Assembly: GCA_036229005.1 (NCBI GenBank)
Contig: JAZAMN010000006.1
Location: 112,223 to 176,222, forward strand
Direction of reading: 5' to 3'
DNA from: Myxococcota bacterium
GTDB taxonomy: Bacteria > Myxococcota_A > UBA796 > CAJQPC01
Length of the DNA: 64,000 nucleotides
This document shows, one piece after another, positions 38,407 through 48,307 of the stretch (position 1 is its first letter; each line of letters opens with the position of its first letter). The notes beneath the pieces were generated by a model that ran no database searches, was not told the DNA's origin, and saw only the letters and a program-made list of their open reading frames with translations. The position numbers and the translations under genes are program-made.

Positions 38407-40383
38407 GTGACGCTTCCACTCCTGATCGCGCTGACGCCGCTGCTGGGCACGGGCTGTGCCCCGCACTCGGTGCGGAGGGTGGAGGCGCTGGCGGCCGTCG
38501 CCGACACCGACCCCCACGCGGTGGACAAGCTGGTGAAGGCCCTGCGGGTGCAGGACGAGGCGGTCTGGCATCTGGCCTACGCGGAGCTGCTTTCGCTGGG
38601 CCCCAAGGCGGCGCCGGCGCTGCGGGACTCGGTGCGCAAGAAGAAGCCGGAGGCGGGCCGCGCCCTCTTGCTGCTGGCCGAGATGGGGGACCCCGCCCAC
38701 TTCGACCTGATCGCCGCGGCGGAGCGCGTCCCGTCGCTGAGCGCCTACGCCGAGCAGGCCTGGGTGTTGGCGGAGGCGCACCTCTACGAGCGGATCGTCG
38801 CGGACCCGGACCTGGCGCTGTGCGACGCCTACCTGGAGCACTTCGGGAACGGCCCCGGGGCGCGCCACGTCGAGCAGCTTCGCTTCGAGCAGGAGGCCTG
38901 GCTGGAGCTCAAGGCCCTGGGCCCGCAGGCGTCGGTCAAGGAGCTGGTGGCCTTCATCAAGCGCTGGCGCGGGACCGAGGCGGACCGCCAGGCCCGCGAG
39001 TGGGTGGCGCTCAAGGGCGTGCAGCAGGCCAACCAGCTCATCGACGCAGGGCGCCCCCAGGAGGCTCTGGCGCGGCTCGCGGACGCGCAGCGCTGGGACC
39101 CCGATGTCGACACGCGCGCAGCGGAGGGGCGGGCGCGTGAGGCCCTGGGGCGCGATCTGGCGTCCCGCGAGGACCTGAGCGCGGCCATCTCGGAGCTGGA
39201 GGCCGCCCGGGCGCTGGGCGCGGACAACGCGAACCTCTTGGGGAGCCTCTACCTGGAGCGGGCGCGGGCGCGCTTTCTGGCCCAGGACCCCGTGGGCGGC
39301 ATGTCCGATCTCGCCCTGGCGCGAGAGCGTCAGCCCGCGGTATCGCAGGCCGCGGACGCCATCGCGGACCAGCAGGCCAAGCAGCTCCTGGCAGAGGTCG
39401 CGGGGCGTGGAGCTGGCCGCTCGGAGGCCGTGCGCGCCCTGGCGTGGTCAAAGGGGCACCGCGAGGCCCTGGACAGCCTGGTGCTCGACTCCCTGGCGGC
39501 GGGGGATGCGGTGCCCATCGAGGCCCTCGCGGCCTCTTCGCAGGAGCTGGATGCAGACGGTCGGCGGGCGAACAACGCGGTGATCGATCAGGCCCTGCAG
39601 AACAGCCGGTCCCGAGCCTTGGCCTGCCTGGGGCCTGGGAGCGTGGAGCCGCTGCTGGCGCCCGAGCACCCCTGGTCCCGGGACGCGGAGCTGGAGCGGC
39701 AGGAGGCGCTCTCGGAGCTGGTCGCCTTCGAGGTGGCAGTGCGCCTGGCAAAGGGCGAGGTCGCGAGCGGCAGGCGCATCCTGGCGCCCCTCCCGCAGGA
39801 GGCTGTGCTCAGCGAGGTTGACCTGCAGCGCCTGGCCGAGCGGGGCGGGGATCCCCGGGCCGCCGCGCTCCCGCCGCTGCATCGGGCGCAGCTCCTTCGC
39901 TGGGCCCTGGAGGCGGGTGTCCTGGTGTTGGAGCAGGCCCGCAGCAACCCGGCACCGCTGGCCGGCGCGCTGCTCCAGAGTGAGCGCCTGCCGGAAGACC
40001 TGCTCCAGTGGCGGCAGCTCGTGGAGCGGGGTCGGGTGGGCGGTCAGGTGCCCTTGAACAACACCCGGGCCAGCGCCTACGCCAGCCGCCAGGGCGACGT
40101 GCTGGACATCTCCTTCCGCCTGAGCGGTCCGGTCGCCAGCCTGAGCGACGCCGCCGTCGGGGACCTGCTGACGGTGCTCTTTGGGCTCGCGCCGGTGTGC
40201 ATGCTCGGGGACCTGTCCCTGCGAGGGCTGCGCGTGAGCGTGCAGGACGCGAGCGGGGCCAAGGTGGGCCACGTGGCGCTGGACCGGCGCAGCTTTGAGC
40301 GGATGAACTGGCCCCTGATCGTCAGTGAGGCGCCCTTCACGGCCGACCACGCCATGTTCCTGTTCGACGTGGACCTTCCCTAG
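38407..40383 (+). CDS. HEAT/TPR-repeat lipoprotein
   Basis: GTG start, LLGTGC lipobox, helical repeats; the upstream part of the 1184-aa ORF is the antisense shadow of the VWA gene. Confidence 0.65.
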   Translation: MTLPLLIALTPLLGTGCAPHSVRRVEALAAVADTDPHAVDKLVKALRVQDEAVWHLAYAELLSLGPKAAPALRDSVRKKKPEAGRALLLLAEMGDPAHFDLIAAAERVPSLSAYAEQAWVLAEAHLYERIVADPDLALCDAYLEHFGNGPGARHVEQLRFEQEAWLELKALGPQASVKELVAFIKRWRGTEADRQAREWVALKGVQQANQLIDAGRPQEALARLADAQRWDPDVDTRAAEGRAREALGRDLASREDLSAAISELEAARALGADNANLLGSLYLERARARFLAQDPVGGMSDLALARERQPAVSQAADAIADQQAKQLLAEVAGRGAGRSEAVRALAWSKGHREALDSLVLDSLAAGDAVPIEALAASSQELDADGRRANNAVIDQALQNSRSRALACLGPGSVEPLLAPEHPWSRDAELERQEALSELVAFEVAVRLAKGEVASGRRILAPLPQEAVLSEVDLQRLAERGGDPRAAALPPLHRAQLLRWALEAGVLVLEQARSNPAPLAGALLQSERLPEDLLQWRQLVERGRVGGQVPLNNTRASAYASRQGDVLDISFRLSGPVASLSDAAVGDLLTVLFGLAPVCMLGDLSLRGLRVSVQDASGAKVGHVALDRRSFERMNWPLIVSEAPFTADHAMFLFDVDLP

Positions 40384-40408
40384 GCGCTGAGGGCGCGGTC
40401 CAGAGGGT

Positions 40409-41875
40409 TCAGTTGGTCGCGGGCAGCCAGACCTCGTGGGCGCCATCCGATGATGAGCGGTGCTTGCGCCAACCGACTTCAGAGAGGTGGGCCCGAGCGT
40501 CCTGAGCGCGCCCTGAGAGCTCCCTCGGGTGCAGGACGATGATGTCGACGCTGGCGGGGATGTGGAGGGCCTCGGGCAGGGGCTGTTGGGCGAGGGGATC
40601 CAGAGCGCGCACGCTGTCCAGGCCGTCGTCGCCCACCTGGCTGACGCTGTTGAAGTCGGGGACCCAGGGGCTGCCCATGCCGTGGCCCACCTGCTGGTAG
40701 AGGAACCAGCGCGCGCGGGGGCGGCTGCGGTTCATCTGGCCGGGGGGCATGGAGAGGGGGCCGGGGATGTCCAGGAGGACCTGGCCGGAGAGGTCGGCGT
40801 ACACGGGCTCCAGGGTGGAGGGCGCGGCCGGGAGCAGGGGCTCGATGGGGCTGAGCAGCAGGCTCTCGAGCAGGAGCAGCGGGGTGAGGAGCCAGCCCCA
40901 GGACCAGCGCTGCACCTGGGCGCCGGCGAGGAGCGCGAGGCAGAGGAGGGTGCCGGCGTGGAAGCGGTAGGGGAAGCGGATGGCGCTCAGCGGGGGGAGC
41001 TCGAACCAGGGGCCCCACCCGAAGGAGAGGAGGAAGAAGACCCCGGCCGCGGCGGCGATCTTGGGCCACCGCCGGGCTTGGAAGGCAGCCAGCACAGGCA
41101 GGAGAAGCCCCACCCACGAGGTCATCGCGAAGGGGTTCTCACCGGAGAGCACACCGGGCCGCCAGGGGCCGATCTGGGTGCCCATCGCTCGGCGAATGGC
41201 GGGGTCGAGGGGCCCCACGCCGTCGGCGAAGCCCAGGAATCCGGTGAGGCCGGGGAGCGCGACGAGGAGGCCGCCGATGGCCAGCGCCCAGGCTCGGGGA
41301 CCCAGGAAGAGGGCGATGAAGCAGGCGACCGCGCCCAGATACCAGCTCGACAGGAGCGTGAGGCCGAAGGCGAGGATGGCCCAGCCGCTGCGCCTGGCCT
41401 TGAACGCCCAGAGGAAGCAGGCGAGGGTCCAGCCGTCCAGTCCCTCGACGATGCCCTCGACCGCGTAGCCGTGGAAGAAGGGGCTGCAGGCGTAGGCGGT
41501 GGCCGCGAACAGTGCTCCAGGGCCCTTGAGCCCCCAGGCCCGGGCCGCTCCGAAGGCGCAGAGCACGGTGGCCACGCGGGCGGCGACGACGCTGAGGTTC
41601 CAGGTGTGGACGATGCCCAGCCAAGGGAGCAGGGGCGCCGCCAGCCAGCCGTGGAGGGGGCTGGAGTAGTAGAAGGGCATGCCCTCGGGGGCGGCGAGCT
41701 GGGTGGTGGTCGTGGGCCAGCCGGGCTGGTCGGAGGCGAAGGCCCACAGACCCCAGACGCTGGGGTAGAGGTCGGTCCAGGGGGACCCGATGAGCTCACC
41801 CTGGAGCCACGCGGGGAGGGCGGGGCCGAGGCCCCACAGGACGGCGACGGCGAGCGCCGCCAGCCAGCCCCTCAA
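40409..41875 (-). CDS. Polytopic membrane protein, probable GT-C fold glycosyltransferase
   Basis: TDLYPSVWGLW loop, many TMs, IRFPYRF motif; resembles the 2208-4088 protein. Confidence 0.6.
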   Translation of the reverse strand: MRGWLAALAVAVLWGLGPALPAWLQGELIGSPWTDLYPSVWGLWAFASDQPGWPTTTTQLAAPEGMPFYYSSPLHGWLAAPLLPWLGIVHTWNLSVVAARVATVLCAFGAARAWGLKGPGALFAATAYACSPFFHGYAVEGIVEGLDGWTLACFLWAFKARRSGWAILAFGLTLLSSWYLGAVACFIALFLGPRAWALAIGGLLVALPGLTGFLGFADGVGPLDPAIRRAMGTQIGPWRPGVLSGENPFAMTSWVGLLLPVLAAFQARRWPKIAAAAGVFFLLSFGWGPWFELPPLSAIRFPYRFHAGTLLCLALLAGAQVQRWSWGWLLTPLLLLESLLLSPIEPLLPAAPSTLEPVYADLSGQVLLDIPGPLSMPPGQMNRSRPRARWFLYQQVGHGMGSPWVPDFNSVSQVGDDGLDSVRALDPLAQQPLPEALHIPASVDIIVLHPRELSGRAQDARAHLSEVGWRKHRSSSDGAHEVWLPATN

Positions 41876-42582
41876 AAGCCGCCCGAGCCGGAGAGGCCTT
41901 CACACTCGACGGTGTAGACCTCGCCCTTGATGTAGCCCTGGGCGTCGACCTCGCCGACGGTGTCGCTCAGGGTGCCGTTGTAGCCGCCGAGCTTGAGGGT
42001 GGCGTGGAGCTGCCCGGAGGCCTGGTCCTCCCAGGCGATGGAGAGGGTCTCCTTGAAGGCCGAGCCGGTGTAGTAGTCGCCGGTCCAGAAGTAGCCGGAG
42101 TCCGCGCCGCTGCCGCTGTACTCCCAGGCGCCCTCGCCGATGGTGCAGGCGATGTTGGCGACCGCGCTGCCGTCGCCGTTCTTGATGTCGTAGTCCTCGA
42201 TGGGCGGGGCCCCCACGAGGGTGATGGACACGTTGCAGTGGCCGGGCAGGAAGAGGTCCGTGAGGTCCTGCGAGCCCTTCTCGGGGTCGTAGACATCCGT
42301 GAGCAGATCGCAGCTCGCGGCGGGGTTGGAGCTCGCGTAGATGAAGGTCTTCTTGTCGGTGGAGTAGGAGAAGGCCTTCACGATGGCGATGTCGGCGGAG
42401 AGGGCCGGATCGGTGCGGGTCTCCACGGTGCCGGCGGCGTCGGAGACAGGGGCGTCGGTGTCGGTGTCGCTGTCGGTGTCCGCGTCAGAGTCGGCGTCGC
42501 CCTCGACCTGGGAATCGTCGGTGGCGGTGTCGCCGTCCTTGCAGGCCAGGCTGAGGCTCAAGGCGAGGGTGAGCAGGGTCAT
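41872..42582 (-). CDS. Lipoprotein with Asp/Thr/Ser low-complexity linker
   Basis: SLAC lipobox, EGDADSDADTDSDTDTD repeat. Confidence 0.7.
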   Translation of the reverse strand: MTLLTLALSLSLACKDGDTATDDSQVEGDADSDADTDSDTDTDAPVSDAAGTVETRTDPALSADIAIVKAFSYSTDKKTFIYASSNPAASCDLLTDVYDPEKGSQDLTDLFLPGHCNVSITLVGAPPIEDYDIKNGDGSAVANIACTIGEGAWEYSGSGADSGYFWTGDYYTGSAFKETLSIAWEDQASGQLHATLKLGGYNGTLSDTVGEVDAQGYIKGEVYTVECEGLSGSGGF

Positions 42583-42601
42583 GGGGTCCTCCGATTCGCC
42601 A

Positions 42602-43675
42602 TCATCGCACCTGGGGCGCGGGTTGGGTGCTGGGCTCACCATCCCTTGACCAGAGCTCGCGCAGGCTCATGCCCTCGCGCCAGAGGGCGAGCAGGCCGAG
42701 GGTGGTGACGGGCAGGAAGGAGACGGCCCAGAAGAGCATGGCGAAGGCCTTGGCGCCGGTGGGCTCCACGCTCCAGAGCAGCATGGTCTGCTCCATCGCG
42801 ACCTGGAAGACGCCCAGGAAACCGGGGGCCTGGGGGAGCACGACGGCCAGGGCGATGGCGACAGCCGTGAAGCAGGCCGCGCCGAAGGAGAGGTCGAAGC
42901 CGAAGGCGATGAAGAGCAGGGAGATGGCCAGGGCGCCGTTGAACCAGATGCCGGCGGAGATGGCCGCAGCCTTGAGCATTCCCGGGAGATCGCGGGCGCT
43001 GCCCAGGCCCTGCACGAAGCCGTCGAAGAGGTGGTTGAAGGGCCTGGCGACGGGCTCGGGGGCCAGCGCGGTGATCCGGTGGAAGAGCCCCTTGGCGGCC
43101 TCCCCCTTGGAGGCGAGGACGAAGAAGACGGCCATGGCGGCCAGGGCCGTGGCGCCGAAGATCCCGCCGTAGAGCTTGAGCTTGTAGACCATCTCGGCGT
43201 CGTGGGCGCTGCCGTCGCCGGGCTGCGCGGGGAGCACGATGACCATGGTGATCAGCACGCAGAGCAGGCCGAAGATGTCGTAGACCCGCTCCATGACCGC
43301 GGTCGCGAGCACGGCAGGGAAGGGGACGTTCAGCTTCTTGCTGGCGACCAGAGGCTTGGCGATCTCGCCCGCCCGGGCGGGGAGCAGGGTGTTGGCGGCG
43401 GCGCCGATCAGGATGGCCGAGAGCAGGGGGCCGACGGGGGCGTTGGGGTGCACGGGCTTGAGCAGGATGCGCCAGCGGAAGGCCCGCATGAAGAACTCGG
43501 AGAGCACCAGCAGGCAGGCTCCTGCGACCGCCCAGAGCTTGACCCCCCTCAACGACTCCCAGAGCAGCGGCCACTGGACGCCCCACATGAACCAGCCAAA
43601 GAGCACGGCCGCCAGGATCAGGCCGATCCACACGGACAAGGTCCAGCGTCTGCGCTTTGGGGGAGGGGAGCTCAC
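42602..43675 (-). CDS. Lysylphosphatidylglycerol synthase TM / UPF0104 flippase-like protein
   Basis: RAFRWRILL, NTLLPARAGE, ERVYD, PQAPGFLG; start approximate. Confidence 0.85.
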   Translation of the reverse strand: MSSPPPKRRRWTLSVWIGLILAAVLFGWFMWGVQWPLLWESLRGVKLWAVAGACLLVLSEFFMRAFRWRILLKPVHPNAPVGPLLSAILIGAAANTLLPARAGEIAKPLVASKKLNVPFPAVLATAVMERVYDIFGLLCVLITMVIVLPAQPGDGSAHDAEMVYKLKLYGGIFGATALAAMAVFFVLASKGEAAKGLFHRITALAPEPVARPFNHLFDGFVQGLGSARDLPGMLKAAAISAGIWFNGALAISLLFIAFGFDLSFGAACFTAVAIALAVVLPQAPGFLGVFQVAMEQTMLLWSVEPTGAKAFAMLFWAVSFLPVTTLGLLALWREGMSLRELWSRDGEPSTQPAPQVR

Positions 43676-43759
43676 GGTGCGGCAGGCTACCACCCCAGGC
43701 CACCCGCAGGGTGCGAGGGGACCGGCCCCGGATTAGGGGCGCCCTCCCCTGGAGGCCCC

Positions 43760-44764
43760 ATGCGCTTTGATGTCGCCGGTCTGGGCAACGCCCTCGTGGA
43801 TGCCCTGGTTCAAATCCCCGATGACTCCGTGCTCGAGAAGCTCGGTCTGACCCGCGGTCTGATGCACCCGGTCGACCATGAGCGTTGGGAAGAGCTCATG
43901 GCCGCGGTCAAGGACTACGGCGTGGAGGTCCACACCGGTGGCTCCTGCGCGAACACCATCGCGGCCCTGGGTCTGATGGGCCTGGACACCACCTTCTGCG
44001 GTCAGGTGGGCGACGATCACCTGGGCCGGCTCTACGCCAAGCGCATGCACGAGGCCTGCGGCCACGAGTGCCTGCACACCTCGCACGAGCAGCCCACCGG
44101 CAAGGTGCTGGCGCTGATCTCGCAGCAGGACGCCGAGCGCACCATGTGCACCGATCTCGGCGCCTCCGTGCAGCTCCCCCACATCGGGACCTTCGCCGAG
44201 CTGATCAAGGACGCCAAGGTGCTGCACGTCACCGGCTATCTCTTCCTGGGTGGTCCCATGGCGGAGGCTGCCTGGGAGGCGCTGGAGGTGGCCAAGGCCG
44301 CGGGCATCCCCATCTCCCTGGACGTCGCCGACCCCTTCGTGGTGGGCACGGTCAAGGACGCCATGTGGCGCGCGGTGAAGGACTACGCCGACGTGGTCTT
44401 CCTCAACGCGGAGGAGGCCTCGGCCCTGACCGGGCTGGAGCCGCACCAGGCCATCGAGGAGGTCTCCAAGCACGCCCGCACGGTCATCGTGAAGCTGGGC
44501 TCCCAGGGCTCCCTGGTCTGCCACGACGGTGTGGTCGAGCGCGTCGAGGTCCACAAGACCGTGGCCCAGGACACCACCGGCGCGGGCGACAGCTACGCAG
44601 CCGGGTTCTTGTACGGGTTCACCCGCGGGTGGGCCCCCAAGCAGAGCGGTGAGCTGGGCAGCCGGATCGCGGCGCTGACCGTGGCCCAGGTGGGCGCGGT
44701 GGTCCGGGATCGCGAGGCCCTGGCCGGCCAGATCGCCGCGGTCTCCGGGGTGCTGGCCCTATGA
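43760..44764 (+). CDS. PfkB-family carbohydrate/adenosine kinase
   Basis: GNALVD, GGSCANT, GQVGDD, ERTMCTDLGA, DTTGAGDSYAAGF; GGAGG SD. Confidence 0.92.
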   Translation: MRFDVAGLGNALVDALVQIPDDSVLEKLGLTRGLMHPVDHERWEELMAAVKDYGVEVHTGGSCANTIAALGLMGLDTTFCGQVGDDHLGRLYAKRMHEACGHECLHTSHEQPTGKVLALISQQDAERTMCTDLGASVQLPHIGTFAELIKDAKVLHVTGYLFLGGPMAEAAWEALEVAKAAGIPISLDVADPFVVGTVKDAMWRAVKDYADVVFLNAEEASALTGLEPHQAIEEVSKHARTVIVKLGSQGSLVCHDGVVERVEVHKTVAQDTTGAGDSYAAGFLYGFTRGWAPKQSGELGSRIAALTVAQVGAVVRDREALAGQIAAVSGVLAL

Positions 44765-45513
44765 ACGTCCCCGTCGAGGTGGTGGAGGCGGCCGCTGCAG
44801 GCCGCTGCGTGCTCTTTGTGGGCAACCGCGCCACCCTCGAGGCGGTGACCGAGTCGGGCGGAGAGTTCCTGGGCCAGCGGCGCCTGGCCCGAAAGCTGGG
44901 CGGTCGCGTGTCCGTCCGTGAGGCCGTCGGCAAGCTCCTGGAGGGGGCCCCGCGCGAGGAGGTCCTGCGCCGCGTCGCGGGCTTCCAGGGGGCGACCGAG
45001 GCGGAGCCGGGCGAGTTCCACCGGCGGGCCGTGCGGCGCTTCACGCGCATCTACACGACCTGCAGGGATGCGCTGTTGGAGCAGGCAGCCCAGGCCGAGG
45101 GCATCGACTACCGCGTGGTCTACCCCGGCGAGCCGCTGCCCGACTTCGAGGCGCCGGGGCTCGTGATCACCAAGCTCTGGGGCGGCTTCGAGCGCCCCGA
45201 GAGCGTCGTGCTGAGCGACGCGGACCAAGCGCTACACCCCCTGAGCGCCCAGTCCAAGGCACTCCGCGCCGTGTTCCGCAAGAAGGTCGTGTTCTTTGTG
45301 GGCTACCGCCCCGACGAGGAGGACTTCGACCTGCTCTTCGACGACCTCAGCGAGGCCTACGGCGGGGAGCTCCCGCGGGTGCACCTGGCGGTGTCCCAGG
45401 GGCGGATCTCCGACTACCACTGGCAGAAGTGGGTGTGGCGCGGGCTGCTGCTCTTCATCGCGGACCCCAGCGAGGCCCTGGAGGCCGTGGACGCGCAGGT
45501 GGAGGCCCTTTGA
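44761..45513 (+). CDS. Stand-alone SIR2-like (SIR2_2) domain protein with degenerate active site
   Basis: VLFVG, IYTTCRDALLE (cf. TTNYD), KLWG (cf. KLHG), FVGY. Confidence 0.7.
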   Translation: MNVPVEVVEAAAAGRCVLFVGNRATLEAVTESGGEFLGQRRLARKLGGRVSVREAVGKLLEGAPREEVLRRVAGFQGATEAEPGEFHRRAVRRFTRIYTTCRDALLEQAAQAEGIDYRVVYPGEPLPDFEAPGLVITKLWGGFERPESVVLSDADQALHPLSAQSKALRAVFRKKVVFFVGYRPDEEDFDLLFDDLSEAYGGELPRVHLAVSQGRISDYHWQKWVWRGLLLFIADPSEALEAVDAQVEAL

Positions 45514-46583
45514 GCCCCGAGCTCCAGGCGCCGGTCGCCTTCGGGGTCATCCTGGGGCTCGCGACCCTGTTGGCGCCAGCCCGTCACCGGGTCTGGTGGC
45601 TGGGCCTGCCCGTGGTCGCGGTGGTCCTGGCGGCGGTGTTCGGTCTGAACCTGCAGGCAGGTGGCCTGGCGGGCCTCCCCTGGGAGGAGACGGGGAGCAT
45701 CCTGGCCTGGCTGCTGCTGGGACACTGCGCCCGGGTAGCCGGTGGCCCGGTGCTGCCCCGGAGCTGGGGTCTGGTGGCTGCGCTGGCGGGCTGGCTGATG
45801 GGGGACCTGGGGGCAGCGGCGCTGCTGGCCGGCCTCATCGCGGATCGGGGGACGGCCATCCGAGCGGCACTGGTGGCCTCGGCTGCGGCGCTGATCTCTC
45901 CGATTGGGACACCGGTCAGTCTGGTTGTGGTGGACCCCGCCTACTTTGGACCGCTCCCGATCTTCCTCGCTCTGGTGGCCTGGCCGGTTGGGGCGCTCCC
46001 AGAGCGTCAGGGTCGGGTCTCGGTGAGCCTGATTCTCGGCTCGGCCGCTGCGCTGGTGGCCTGGATCCCCTCCCAGCGCCTGATCTTCCTGGCCGCCGCC
46101 GCTGCCCTGCTGGCCTTCCTGGCCCGCAAGAACCTGCAGGCGGAGCGCTTTCCGGCGGGCGAGGGCGTGTTCGCCATCGCAGCGGGGGTGTTGGCCTGGG
46201 GCGCTCGGCACGGAGGGCTCTCCCGGGAGCTGCTCGCGGGGCTGGAGCTGCTGCAAGGGGCGCTGCCGGACGCCGCGAACTGGCTCTTCGCGACGGCCGG
46301 CGTGCTGCTGGGTCTGCTGATGGGGGAGACAGCCGGCGCGCCGCTGATCCACTCGATGCTGGGGGCCTCGGCGAACCCGCCCGATCCGGCGATGCTGTCG
46401 TGCGTTGCGGCTGGCCTGGCGGTGGGTGGGCTGGGGCCGCTGTTGATGGTCTGGCGGCACCACCCGGGGAACGAGAACGGGAGCCCTCGGCCGCCTTTCT
46501 GGCGGGAGGCGCTGCGGCCCTACCTGATGCAGGTGGTGGTCGTGGTGGCCTGGGCGGCCATGCTGGATGATCTCCTCGCTTGA
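45510..46583 (+). CDS. Polytopic membrane protein, possibly ArsB/NhaD-like ion permease
   Basis: TTG overlapping upstream stop; many TMs; LISPIGTP re-entrant-like motif. Confidence 0.5.
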   Translation: MSPELQAPVAFGVILGLATLLAPARHRVWWLGLPVVAVVLAAVFGLNLQAGGLAGLPWEETGSILAWLLLGHCARVAGGPVLPRSWGLVAALAGWLMGDLGAAALLAGLIADRGTAIRAALVASAAALISPIGTPVSLVVVDPAYFGPLPIFLALVAWPVGALPERQGRVSVSLILGSAAALVAWIPSQRLIFLAAAAALLAFLARKNLQAERFPAGEGVFAIAAGVLAWGARHGGLSRELLAGLELLQGALPDAANWLFATAGVLLGLLMGETAGAPLIHSMLGASANPPDPAMLSCVAAGLAVGGLGPLLMVWRHHPGNENGSPRPPFWREALRPYLMQVVVVVAWAAMLDDLLA

Positions 46584-46649
46584 GCCCAGGTGACAGCGGG
46601 GGATGAGCCACCCAGAGGACCGGCGGTGGGCCGTGGCACACTGGGTGCC

Positions 46650-48305
46650 ATGAAGCGTCTCTCCCGAAGCCTGCTGGCCCTCACCGCCCTCTTCCTGTTG
46701 CCTGCCGTGGCGCCTCCTCCGCTGTCCGGGGACGCGGGGATGGTGTCCTCCGACCACGAGCTGGCCTCCCTCGCGGGGGCGGAGATCCTGCGCCGAGGGG
46801 GGAATGCGGTGGATGCAGCGGTGGCCACGGCGCTCGCGTGTGGGGTGGTTCAACCCGCCGGATCCGGGCTGGGGGGAGGCGGCTTTGCGCTGGTGGTCGC
46901 CGGCGAGGAGCGGTCGGTGCTCGACTTCCGGGAGATCGCGCCTGCTGGGGCGGGGCCGGACATGTATCTGGACGCCAATGGGCAGGTGGTGCCGGGGGCG
47001 TCGGTCGATGGCGGGCTCGCGGTCGGGGTTCCGGGAGAGGCGGCCGGCCTGGCGCGCCTGATGGAGACCCACGGGAGCCTGAGCTTCCAGCAGGTCGCGG
47101 CGCCTGCGGTCCGCTACGCCAAGAAGGGCTTCGGGGCCGGGGTGCACCTGATCCACGCGCTGGAGCGCCGCCCGGAGATGCTGGTGCTCTTTGACGGGGT
47201 CTCGCGCCTGCCTGAGCCAGGGGAGCAGCTCCGGCGAAAGGCCCTGGGACGCAGCATCGAGCGCTGGGCGGCGAGCCGGGGGGAGGCCTTCTACAAGGGG
47301 GACATCGCCCAGGACATCGCGCAGAGCGTGCAGGCGCAGGGGGGCATCCTGGAGCTGGGGGACCTGGAGGACTACGCGCCGGTGGACCGGGAGGTCCTGG
47401 TCGGCAGCTACCGGGGGTACACGATCCTGACGATGCCGCCGCCGAGCTCGGGTGGGGCGGTGCTGCTGCAGGTGTTGGCGGTGCTGGAGGCCCATGACCT
47501 GGCAGCGCTGGGCCACAACTCGAGCGAGCACCTGCACCTGCTGGCGGAGGCCTCGCAGCACGCGTATGCCGACCGCGCGGCATTGATGGGGGACCCGGCG
47601 TTCGTGGACGTCCCGCTGGAGCAGATGTTGGCCCCGGAGCGCATCGCGGAGATCCAGGGCAGCATCTGGCCCACGCGCACGCTGGAGCGGGGCGCGTACG
47701 GCGGGGACTACGCGATCCCGGAGGACGCTGGGACGCAGCACATCGCGGTGATCGACGCCGACGGTCGCGCGGTGAGCCTGACGACGACCATCAATACCTC
47801 CTTTGGGTCCAAGGTGGTCGCGGAGCGCTCCGGCGTGCTGCTGAACAACGAGATGGACGACTTCGTCGCGCAGCCGGGGGTGCCCAACGCCTTCGGGCTC
47901 ATCGGGCGCGAGGCCAACGCGGTGGCCCCCGGCAAGAAGCCCCTGTCCTCGATGACACCGACGGTGGTGCTCAATGACCAGGGGGAGGTGGTGATGGCGG
48001 TGGGGGCCAGCGGGGGACCGCTGATCATCTCCTCGACCCTGCAGGTGCTCTCCAACGTCATCGACTTCGGGATGGACCCCGAGGACGCCGTGGCGGCTCC
48101 GCGCATGCACCACCAGTGGGTGCCCGAGGTGCTGAACCTGGAGCCGGGGATCCCCGCGGACGTGCAGCGCAGCCTGGAGGCGCGGGGGCACGAGACCAAG
48201 CAGTGGGAGTTCTTCTCCGCCGTACAGCTCGTCGTGGTCGAGGAGGACGGGACCCGGGTGGCCGCAGCGGACCCCCGCAAGGGTGGCCGGCCAGCAGCGG
48301 AGTAG
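46650..48305 (+). CDS. ggt: Gamma-glutamyltransferase
   Basis: GGNAVDAAVA, SGLGGGGF, DFRE, PPPSSGG, catalytic Thr GTQH, LNNEMDDF, PLSSMTP; signal peptide. Confidence 0.95.
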   Translation: MKRLSRSLLALTALFLLPAVAPPPLSGDAGMVSSDHELASLAGAEILRRGGNAVDAAVATALACGVVQPAGSGLGGGGFALVVAGEERSVLDFREIAPAGAGPDMYLDANGQVVPGASVDGGLAVGVPGEAAGLARLMETHGSLSFQQVAAPAVRYAKKGFGAGVHLIHALERRPEMLVLFDGVSRLPEPGEQLRRKALGRSIERWAASRGEAFYKGDIAQDIAQSVQAQGGILELGDLEDYAPVDREVLVGSYRGYTILTMPPPSSGGAVLLQVLAVLEAHDLAALGHNSSEHLHLLAEASQHAYADRAALMGDPAFVDVPLEQMLAPERIAEIQGSIWPTRTLERGAYGGDYAIPEDAGTQHIAVIDADGRAVSLTTTINTSFGSKVVAERSGVLLNNEMDDFVAQPGVPNAFGLIGREANAVAPGKKPLSSMTPTVVLNDQGEVVMAVGASGGPLIISSTLQVLSNVIDFGMDPEDAVAAPRMHHQWVPEVLNLEPGIPADVQRSLEARGHETKQWEFFSAVQLVVVEEDGTRVAAADPRKGGRPAAE

Positions 48306-48307
48306 GG

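Noticed and set aside
42455..42500. GTCGGT-like hexamer tandem repeats
   Set aside because: They encode the Asp-Thr/Ser linker of a lipoprotein; not a CRISPR array or independent repeat.
44761..45513. SIR2-based antiphage defence system
   Set aside because: The catalytic motifs are degenerate, there is no partner defence gene, and the context and composition are housekeeping-like.
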